Positions 53,234 to 61,241 of a stretch of 64,000 nt of DNA are shown here, piece by piece. The DNA is taken from the NCBI GenBank assembly GCA_963976765.1, contig CAXBME010000016.1, positions 1 through 64,000 on the forward strand. The letters are read 5' to 3'. This DNA comes from an uncultured Planctomycetaceae bacterium (lineage in GTDB: Bacteria > Planctomycetota > Planctomycetia > Planctomycetales > Planctomycetaceae). Within the stretch, counting starts at the first letter, position 1, and each line of letters opens with the position of its first letter. A program made the position numbers and the translations under genes. Under the pieces are notes generated by a model that was not told the origin of the DNA, did not search any database, and saw only the letters and a program-made list of their open reading frames with translations.

Positions 53234-54504
53234 CGGTCCGCATCACGAATCAACTGTTCGATACACACCCGATCGCCGCACACTGTCCGGGCCCGCTGCA
53301 TGACCGCTGGCATCACTTTGCCCGATCCGTCATGGCTCAGCCACAGCGGCAGCTGGCTTGCCCCGACGTCACCGTTCTGACGTGGAACACCGGCGAACGT
53401 AAGGCTCGACCAAACAAGCCGTGCGGAGTTTTCGAGCGAAGTCTCGAACTGCTCGGCGTTCAGCCTCAGGTGCTGGGGGCAGGCAGGTCGAACTGGAAAA
53501 ACCGCGACAAGTTCGCGCTGACGGCGGCAGCTCTGAAACAGGTCGACACTCCCTTCGTGATCGGTGCCGACTCGTGCGATGTCGTTTTTCTGGACAATCC
53601 GCAAATCGCCGTCGAACGATTTCAGAACGAGTTTACCTGCGATCTCCTCTTCAACGCGACGGGCTCGCGCTGCTGGCCTGAACTTCCGGAACTGGTCCGT
53701 TTTCAGGAAGGGCTGCCTCTGGCAAAGGCCGCTCAGAATCGGCACTGGATCAACTCGGGGTTGTTCATTGGCCGGACGGAATTCTGTCGCGACTATTTTG
53801 CTCAACTGACCAATGAGCCTCCCGAACCCGGCTACGAGTTCTCTGACCAGGCCGTCGTGATGCGAACGTGGCCGCAGTTTTATCCGAAAGTTCAAGCCGA
53901 CTATTTCTCTCAGATTTTCCAATGGTTCAACGAAGAACTGTCGGTCATGCGTCTGGAACGTCCAGTCTCGCCGCGACAGAGTCAGTTGTTCTGCTGGCTG
54001 CGACGGCTGCAAGGTCCGATCACCGGTGCGGAAGTCGGCGTCTTTGGCGGTCACACTTCCGAAGCGCTGCTGCGCGAGTTTCCTCAACTCAAGCTGTGGA
54101 TGGTCGATCCGTGGCGACCGTACGACGGCGAGTCCACTCTCGGAAGTCAGAAAGCGGAAGCGTTTCAGCAGGCGATGCAGTCAGCCATGTTCTGGACCGA
54201 GTTCGCCTCGAACCGCCGCTTCGTTCTGCGGGAAGGCTCACCCGATGCTGCATCCCGCTTCGCAGACGGCAGCCTGGATTTTGTTTTCATCGACGGCAAC
54301 CACCTTTACGAAGCAGTATGTTCGGACATCGCCGCCTGGTGGCCAAAACTCCGCTCCGGAGGCCTGCTGACCGGCCACGACTACGCCATCAACCGCGACG
54401 CTTCCGGCGAATGGGGAGTCCGCCAGGCCGTCGACGAATTCTCCGAAAACACCGACCGCCCCCTCGAAACCGGCTCCGACGGAACCTGGTGCATCGAACG
54501 ATAG
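53230..54504 (+). CDS. GT-A fold glycosyltransferase (PLOD GT-like) fused to a class I SAM methyltransferase
   Basis: ADSCDVVF, LLFNAT, INSGLFIG, SDQ, QIFQ; AEVGVFGG, DFVFIDGNHLYEAV, GHDY. Confidence 0.8.
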   Translation: MTVRITNQLFDTHPIAAHCPGPLHDRWHHFARSVMAQPQRQLACPDVTVLTWNTGERKARPNKPCGVFERSLELLGVQPQVLGAGRSNWKNRDKFALTAAALKQVDTPFVIGADSCDVVFLDNPQIAVERFQNEFTCDLLFNATGSRCWPELPELVRFQEGLPLAKAAQNRHWINSGLFIGRTEFCRDYFAQLTNEPPEPGYEFSDQAVVMRTWPQFYPKVQADYFSQIFQWFNEELSVMRLERPVSPRQSQLFCWLRRLQGPITGAEVGVFGGHTSEALLREFPQLKLWMVDPWRPYDGESTLGSQKAEAFQQAMQSAMFWTEFASNRRFVLREGSPDAASRFADGSLDFVFIDGNHLYEAVCSDIAAWWPKLRSGGLLTGHDYAINRDASGEWGVRQAVDEFSENTDRPLETGSDGTWCIER

Positions 54505-54668
54505 CTTGTCCCGCAGTGTTCGTCGGGAACAATTCCATTCGCAACATTGGATGCCGAATGTTTGAAGTCACCGGTTCCCATGTTTCCGCTGCCTTATGCC
54601 GCGAAGCGTGGCGGGATAATCTGTGACCGATATTTCTGGACACTGAAGGCGTGGGCAGGAGCGGGTCG

Positions 54669-57600
54669 ATGGCGAAACGGAAACGGGCGAAGAAGCGAGC
54701 GAAGGCGGGTAGTCAGACGGAAGCCTCACCGTTGCCGCCGGGAGTGACGCTGCTCCATACGCTTGCCGGGCATTCGAGCGCAGTCATGAGTGTGGTGTTT
54801 ATTTCGCAGAGCGGGACGCTGGTCAGCGGAGGTCGTGACAGCACCGTGAAGCTGTGGGAGGCGGACACCGGTCGGCTGCTCCGCACGCTCGAAGGACACA
54901 CGGACGAGGTCAACTCCGTGGCATTTTCTCCACAGGGCGGGACACTGGCTACGGGGAGCGACGACAACACGGTGAAGCTGTGGGAGGCGGACACCGGTCG
55001 GCTGCTCCGCACGCTCGAAGGACGTACGGGATGCGTCTACAGCGTGGCATTTTCTCCGCAGGGCAGGGTGCTGGCCAGCGCGGATAACGTCTCGTCCCTG
55101 AATCTATGGGATGCGGACACCGGTCGGCTGCTTCGGACGTTCGAAGGGCATACGGAAAGCGTCTACAACGTGGCGTTTTCTCCGCAGGGCGGGACGCTGG
55201 CCAGCGGAAATGCCAACAACACGGTGAAGCTGTGGGATGCGGACACTGGTCGTGTGCTCCGCACACTCGAAGGACACACGAGCACCGTTGTGAGCGTGGC
55301 GTTTTCTGCACAGGGCAAGATGCTGGCCAGCGGGAGTGTCGACAACACCGTGAAGCTGTGGAATGCGGACACCGGTCGGCTGTTACGCACCCTGGAAGGA
55401 CACACGGGACGCGTCGATGCTATCGCATTCTCGCCGGACGGTCGGCTTCTGGCGTCAAAGAGCGGCGACGGCACGATCAGGCTGTGGAACTGCCAGACGT
55501 GGGAAACGGTCGCGGTCATCCCCGTCCCAACCCACTCACACTGGTGGATTCCCGCGCTGACGTTTAATCCGACGCGGACAACCCGCCCACTACTCGCCGC
55601 CGCCAGCTCGGAACCTGGCACACCAGACGACGAGCGTTGCCAGCTGATTCAGATCTGGGAACTGGACGACGACCTGCTGCTGGGCGGTGACACGGGCTCT
55701 CGGTCCAGATCGTCGACGACACGCACTGGAAGTCGAGGTCGCACAAAGGCTGTGACACGCGGTGGAAAAAAGAGTGCGGGCTTACGTCCCTCAGACGATT
55801 CCCACTACCGCAATGCCAAGGTCGTTCTGGTTGGGAACAGCAGTGTGGGGAAGTCCGGACTGGGTCTGGTACTGGCCGGACGCAAGTTTCGCGCGACGGA
55901 ATCCACTCATGGACGGCATATCTGGACCATGCCGGCTACCGAAACCAATGACGACAACGAAACCCGGGAAGCGATGCTGTGGGATCTGGCCGGGCAGCCG
56001 GGATATCGACTGGTGCATCAACTGCATCTCAGTGAGGTGGCCGTTGCGCTGGTCCTGTTTGATGCGCGGAGCGAAACCGAACCGTTTGTCGGTGTCTCGT
56101 ACTGGGCTCGCGCACTCGATGCCGCGCGCCGTGACTTCCCGCTGAAGAAGTTTCTGGTCGCCGCACGGTGTGATCGCAACGGGCCGTCGGTCAGTCAGCA
56201 GCGAATTGAGGAAATGCGTCAGCGTTTTGGCTTCGACGGTTACTTCGAAACCAGCGCGAAACGTGGTAACAGCATCGAGGAACTTCAGCAGGCACTGCAG
56301 AAGGGAATTGAATGGTCACTGCTGGCAGCCGTGACTCGGAGCAGCGAGTTCAACATCGCGAAGACGTTTCTGATGGCAAAGAAACGCCGTGGCACGATTG
56401 TCGAGGAGCGGTCGCAGTTGTTCGCTGATTTGAAGGCGTCCGTCGCCAGAAAGAAGCAGGCAGCCATTACGCAGCGCGTCTTCGATGTCTGCCTGCAGCA
56501 GCTCGAAACAACCGGACTGATCCGGCGTTTGCCGTTTGGCGACTTCGTGTTGCTGCAGCCGGAACTGCTGGACGACTACTGTGGCTGGCTCACGCAGGCG
56601 GCTCGCAAAGAGCCCGACGGATTGGGATTTCTGCCGGAATTGGATGCCAGCCAGGGCAAGTTCCCGATGGATGAAGACCGTCCTCTGGCCCAGCGGAAAA
56701 AGGAAGAGCAGACACTGTTGCTGGCATCCGTCGAAGAATCGCTTTCGCGCGGCCTGGCGTTGCGGACGACTGACGCGTTGCGGGACCGGTCGCTGCTGGT
56801 GTTTCCGGCCGAACTGCGGGACGAGCTGCCGGATTACCCCGGCGGCTACTCACTGGCCGCACGTTTCCGGTTCAATGGTCCGGTTCGCGGTGTGTACGCG
56901 TCTCTGGTCGTGCGGCTGATCTACTCGATGGAGTTCGAGAAGGAGAAGCTGCACCGCAACGCCGCGTTGTTCAAAGCCCGACACGATCAAGGTCGCATTT
57001 GTGGCCTGGCGGTCGATTACCCGGACGTCGAGGACGATTCGCTCGGGAGATTGACCGTCTTTTTTGACGACAACACCCGCAATGCGGCTCGCAGCTTGTT
57101 TCTGAGGTACGTCAACAGCCAGCTCGAAAAACTGGCCTTCAAGGGCTCGATCGAACGAGAGCGGATTTACGACTGCGCCAAGTGCAGCCGCATGATCGAG
57201 TCGACATCGGTGACTGCGGCGATCGAAGCGGGGAACAGCCGCATCTTCTGCCCGATCTGTGGGACGCCTGTTCCTCTGGACGATCTAATCGAAGAAGTCC
57301 AGCAACCTGACGCCGGGCTCGCCGACATCGACCGTCAGGCTGACACGGGTCAGAAACTCGCAGGGCTGAAGACGACCATTGCCGAGCGCCGCGACGACGG
57401 CGACTTCGACGTCTTCCTGTGCCACAACTCGAAGGACAAGCCGGCAGTTCGCAAACTGGCGGAAGAGCTGTCCGACATGGGGCTGCTGGGCTGGATCGAC
57501 GAAGAGCGTCTGCTGCCGGGTGACGTCATTCAGGAGAAACTGGAAGAGGCCATCGCTGAGGCTCGGTCCGTTGTGGTTTGCATCGGCCCGTCGGGGCTCG

Positions 57601-57872
57601 GTCGCTGGCAGACCGTTGAATACCACACCGTTTACGAACGCTTCATCTCAGAAACTGAGTCCAACGCCGACAAAAACCGTTTTCGCTCAGACGGCGCTGT
57701 GCGAGTGATTCCCGTGCTGCTGCCTGGTTCGAAGGTCAAAGAGATTCCGTCATTTCTGAAACGCCACGGATACACGGACCTGCGAAAGTCCACAGGCGAG
57801 AATCGCCGACGCGAGATATTGAAACTGGCCGAAGCGGTTCTGGCAGGACGTCACGAAACCGGTCAGCGTTAG
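54669..57872 (+). CDS. WD40 - Roc GTPase - COR-like - Zn ribbon - TIR protein
   Basis: 6-7 WD40 repeats; GNSSVGKS, STHG, WDLAGQ, ETSAK; CAKC/CPIC; FDVFLCHNSKDK...WQTVE. Confidence 0.9.
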   Translation: MAKRKRAKKRAKAGSQTEASPLPPGVTLLHTLAGHSSAVMSVVFISQSGTLVSGGRDSTVKLWEADTGRLLRTLEGHTDEVNSVAFSPQGGTLATGSDDNTVKLWEADTGRLLRTLEGRTGCVYSVAFSPQGRVLASADNVSSLNLWDADTGRLLRTFEGHTESVYNVAFSPQGGTLASGNANNTVKLWDADTGRVLRTLEGHTSTVVSVAFSAQGKMLASGSVDNTVKLWNADTGRLLRTLEGHTGRVDAIAFSPDGRLLASKSGDGTIRLWNCQTWETVAVIPVPTHSHWWIPALTFNPTRTTRPLLAAASSEPGTPDDERCQLIQIWELDDDLLLGGDTGSRSRSSTTRTGSRGRTKAVTRGGKKSAGLRPSDDSHYRNAKVVLVGNSSVGKSGLGLVLAGRKFRATESTHGRHIWTMPATETNDDNETREAMLWDLAGQPGYRLVHQLHLSEVAVALVLFDARSETEPFVGVSYWARALDAARRDFPLKKFLVAARCDRNGPSVSQQRIEEMRQRFGFDGYFETSAKRGNSIEELQQALQKGIEWSLLAAVTRSSEFNIAKTFLMAKKRRGTIVEERSQLFADLKASVARKKQAAITQRVFDVCLQQLETTGLIRRLPFGDFVLLQPELLDDYCGWLTQAARKEPDGLGFLPELDASQGKFPMDEDRPLAQRKKEEQTLLLASVEESLSRGLALRTTDALRDRSLLVFPAELRDELPDYPGGYSLAARFRFNGPVRGVYASLVVRLIYSMEFEKEKLHRNAALFKARHDQGRICGLAVDYPDVEDDSLGRLTVFFDDNTRNAARSLFLRYVNSQLEKLAFKGSIERERIYDCAKCSRMIESTSVTAAIEAGNSRIFCPICGTPVPLDDLIEEVQQPDAGLADIDRQADTGQKLAGLKTTIAERRDDGDFDVFLCHNSKDKPAVRKLAEELSDMGLLGWIDEERLLPGDVIQEKLEEAIAEARSVVVCIGPSGLGRWQTVEYHTVYERFISETESNADKNRFRSDGAVRVIPVLLPGSKVKEIPSFLKRHGYTDLRKSTGENRRREILKLAEAVLAGRHETGQR
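54745..55520 (+). repeat. 126-bp near-identical tandem repeats encoding WD40 blades
   Basis: GTGAAGCTGTGGGAGGCGGACACCGGTCGGCTGCTCCGCACGCTCGAAGGAC at 54846 and 54972, with similar later copies. Confidence 0.9.
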
Positions 57873-58043
57873 TGCGCGATGAAAATCAGGTAGCAGCCTG
57901 CATTCGATCCTGCGCGCTGGTTGCCGATTCGTATTCTGTCAGACCTGATGTGGGCTGGGGTTGTTGGCGTTGGCGGCTGTGGAATAGTTTGTCGAGTTGC
58001 TTGACCAACCTTGACTCTCAGCCCTTAACTCTCGGCTCTTCGC

Positions 58044-59885
58044 ATGACTGCAATTCTTGGAATTTCCGCGTTTTATCATGACTCAGCAGCCGCGCTGGTG
58101 GTCGACGGCGAGATCGTCGCGGCTGCTCAGGAAGAACGGTTTACTCGAAAGAAACATGACGCGAGGTTTCCGAAGCACGCGGTTGATTGCTGTTTGAAAG
58201 AAGCCGGACTGACTCCGGATCAGCTCGACTATGTCGGCTTTTACGATAAGCCGCTGCGGACGTTCGAGCGGCTGCTGGAAACTTATCTGGCGTTTGCTCC
58301 GGCGGGGTTTCGGTCGTTCCGTTCGTCGATTCCCGTCTGGCTGAAGGAGAAGCTGCATCTGCCGCGTGAAATCCGAAAGGGACTCCGCGAGCAGTACAAA
58401 GGCCGATTCGTTTTCACGAACCATCACGAATCACACGCGGCCAGTGCCTTCTTCCCGTCGCCGTTCGACGAAGCAGCCATCATGACTCTGGACGGAGTCG
58501 GCGAGTGGTCAACGACGTGTCTGGGAGTCGGACGCGGCAACAAAATCGAACTGACTCACGACGTGCGGTTTCCGCATTCGCTCGGGCTGCTCTATTCGGC
58601 GTTTACCTACTACACCGGCTTCAAGGTCAACAGCGGCGAGTACAAGGTCATGGGCCTGGCTCCGTACGGCGAGCCGGAGTTCAAAGACCTGATTCTCAAA
58701 CACGTCATGGACTTGAAAGAGGACGGCTCGTTCCGCATGGACATGAGCTATTTCAACTATTGCCAGGGTCTGACGATGACATCAGACAAATTCCATCGTC
58801 TGTTTGGCGGCCCACCTCAACCGCCTGAGTCCACCGTCACACAGCGCGAGATGAATCTGGCCGCTTCGGTTCAGGCGGTCTCCGAAGAAGTCATGCTTCG
58901 AACCGCTCGGCATGTTCATCAGCAGACCGGATCGAAGAACCTGGTCATGGCTGGCGGCGTTGCGTTGAACTGTGTCGGCAACGGACGAATCCTGCGTGAA
59001 GGCCCGTTCGAAAATATCTGGATTCAACCCGCCGCCGGAGACGCGGGCGGAGCACTCGGAACGGCGTTGTTCATCTGGCATCAGCTTCTGGAGAAGGAAC
59101 GAACGACAAACGGCAAGGACACTCAGCGAGCGTCGCGACTTGGGCCGGCCTTTTCTGACGACGAAATTGCGGCGTACCTTGATCAGAACGCCGCCGTTTA
59201 CACAACGTGCGAATCGGATGACCAGCTTTGCGACGAAGTGGCTTCGTTGATCGCCAGCGAAAAAGTGATCGGCTGGTTTCAGGGACGGATGGAGTTCGGG
59301 CCACGCGCGCTGGGTTCGCGATCGATCATCGGCGACGCTCGCAGCCAGAAGATGCAGTCGGTGATGAACCTGAAGATCAAGTTCCGCGAATCGTTCCGCC
59401 CGTTCGCGCCGATCGTGCTCAAGGAGCACGTGCATGAGTACTTCCAGATGCGCGAGAACGAGGACAGCCCGTACATGCTGCTGGTTGCTCCCGTGCGGGA
59501 AGAAATTCGAAACGAACTGCCAGACGACTACGAAAAGACGTTCGGCATCGACAAGTTGAACTTCTGCCGTTCGAGTATTCCTGCCATCACGCACGTCGAC
59601 TTTTCAGCGCGTGTTCAGACGGTCGACACTGATCGGGACCCGCTGCTTCACCGGTTGATTTCGCAATTCAAAGCGAAGACCGGATGCCCGGTTCTGATCA
59701 ACACGAGTTTCAACGTTCGGAGTGAACCCATCGTCTGTTCGCCGGAAGACGCCTGGCATTGCTTCCTGATGACCGACATGGACGTGCTGGTTCTTGGTCG
59801 GCACATTCTGCTCAAGGAAAACCAGACGAAGAAAATGACTGAAACCGACCGCGCAGCTCACCTCGCCCAGTTCGAACTGGACTGA
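58044..59885 (+). CDS. CmcH/NodU family carbamoyltransferase
   Basis: GISAFYHDSAAA, QEERF, HHESHAAS, EYKVMGLAPYG, EFGPRALG, NTSFN. Confidence 0.95.
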   Translation: MTAILGISAFYHDSAAALVVDGEIVAAAQEERFTRKKHDARFPKHAVDCCLKEAGLTPDQLDYVGFYDKPLRTFERLLETYLAFAPAGFRSFRSSIPVWLKEKLHLPREIRKGLREQYKGRFVFTNHHESHAASAFFPSPFDEAAIMTLDGVGEWSTTCLGVGRGNKIELTHDVRFPHSLGLLYSAFTYYTGFKVNSGEYKVMGLAPYGEPEFKDLILKHVMDLKEDGSFRMDMSYFNYCQGLTMTSDKFHRLFGGPPQPPESTVTQREMNLAASVQAVSEEVMLRTARHVHQQTGSKNLVMAGGVALNCVGNGRILREGPFENIWIQPAAGDAGGALGTALFIWHQLLEKERTTNGKDTQRASRLGPAFSDDEIAAYLDQNAAVYTTCESDDQLCDEVASLIASEKVIGWFQGRMEFGPRALGSRSIIGDARSQKMQSVMNLKIKFRESFRPFAPIVLKEHVHEYFQMRENEDSPYMLLVAPVREEIRNELPDDYEKTFGIDKLNFCRSSIPAITHVDFSARVQTVDTDRDPLLHRLISQFKAKTGCPVLINTSFNVRSEPIVCSPEDAWHCFLMTDMDVLVLGRHILLKENQTKKMTETDRAAHLAQFELD

Positions 59886-59969
59886 GCGAACGCGTTGTCG
59901 GCAACAGGTGTCACGTTCTCGCTTCAGGCCACGCAAAAGCACAGTCTCTTCACGCAGTGAGGATCCGCC

Positions 59970-60599
59970 ATGTACATCCCATTCAGCTTTGCCGAGAAGG
60001 ATTTGTCGATTCTGCATTCGTGCATCGAGGAAAACAGCTTCGCAACGCTGATCACAACAGATTCTGAAGGCCCGGTTGTGAGCCATCTTCCACTGCTGCT
60101 GGATCGTGCTGACGGCCCAAACGGCACACTGATCGGGCACATGGCGAAGGCGAATCCGCAATGGCGGGAGATCACAAACGGTGACGCTCTGGCAATCTTC
60201 CACGGTCCGCACGCTTACATTTCTCCCGGCTGGCTCAAAGAGCAGAACGTCGTACCAACCTGGAATTACGTCGCCGTTCACGTCACCGGGACAGTGGAGC
60301 TTGTCGAGGAACAGTCCGAACTGCTCGACATCGTGCGAAGATACGTCAACGTCTACGAAGCATTGATGCCCGAGCCGTGGCAACTGGATTCCGCAGAGCC
60401 TGCGTTCATCGAAAAGCTGCTGGACGCCATCGTCGGCTTCACCATCAGAATCGAGTCGCTCGAAGGAAAGTGGAAGCTCAACCAGAACCACAGCGAAGGA
60501 CGCCGCCAGAAAGTGATCGCCGGTCTGAGAACCCGCCCCGGCGAAGACTCTGCGAAAATCGCAACGCTGATTCAGGCAACGCTTGCCGTAGGCCAATAA
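59970..60599 (+). CDS. PaiB-like FMN-binding negative transcriptional regulator
   Basis: MYIP, GHMAKANPQW, GPHAYISP, VPTWNY, KLNQN. Confidence 0.9.
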   Translation: MYIPFSFAEKDLSILHSCIEENSFATLITTDSEGPVVSHLPLLLDRADGPNGTLIGHMAKANPQWREITNGDALAIFHGPHAYISPGWLKEQNVVPTWNYVAVHVTGTVELVEEQSELLDIVRRYVNVYEALMPEPWQLDSAEPAFIEKLLDAIVGFTIRIESLEGKWKLNQNHSEGRRQKVIAGLRTRPGEDSAKIATLIQATLAVGQ

Positions 60600-60603
60600 T
60601 TAC

Positions 60604-60909
60604 TCACGAAAACCACGTCCGGTAGTGCTGGAAGGCGCCATAGACCAGGACGGATTCGATGAGGTTTCCGAGGACGGTCAGCCAGAAAACAAGGCGGAAG
60701 CTTTTTTTGACGGTCTTGTGGCGGAAGAGTTTTTGACCGGTGATCGCTCCTGGCCAGCCGCCGAGCAGCGAGAGAACGTGCAGCGTCTTCTCGGAAATCC
60801 GGTCGCCTTCCTGTTTCGCTCGGCGCTTGTCGACTCCGTAGACAACGAAGGTTGCCAGGCTCATCACTCCGAACCAGACGGAGCAGACCAGAATCGCGTT
60901 TTGACTCAT
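60604..60909 (-). CDS. DUF1294 membrane protein
   Basis: YGVDKRRA, RISEKTL, GGWPGA, FRHKT. Confidence 0.9.
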   Translation of the reverse strand: MSQNAILVCSVWFGVMSLATFVVYGVDKRRAKQEGDRISEKTLHVLSLLGGWPGAITGQKLFRHKTVKKSFRLVFWLTVLGNLIESVLVYGAFQHYRTWFS

Positions 60910-61042
60910 TGCGGTGCCTTGATCTCTTCTGACGCGAACTCTTACGGCCAACTTGCCATGTAAGGAAGGGTAATCGAAGGAGCGTCTGGCTGGTAAGTTC
61001 GTCTTGAGGACTCGCCAGGCTGAATGCAATTCTGAATGAATG

Positions 61043-61110
61043 GAACGCAGAGCTCACAGAGGCGCAGAGAGTTCTCCTTAATTTCTCTGCGTTTGTTTTC
61101 CTCTGCGTTC
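61043..61110. repeat. Intergenic inverted-repeat element (GAACGCAGAG...CTCTGCGTTC)
   Basis: 10-bp perfect terminal inverted repeat with reiterated CGCAGAG units. Confidence 0.65.
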
Positions 61111-61241
61111 AAATTTTCTCACGCATGAGTCTGGAGAGTTTTCGCGTCTCAGACTTCCCCTTGAGAAGCTCGACCGGGCACAATACACAACCTCCCTCAG
61201 AAACTCGCCCGCCGCCTTTTGCTCCCAATGGAACGAAAGCC

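Noticed and set aside
54745..55520. DGR template/variable repeats driven by the RT
   Set aside because: Repeats are in-frame tandem WD40 units, differences are not adenine-specific, and the RT is retron-type, truncated and 39 kb away
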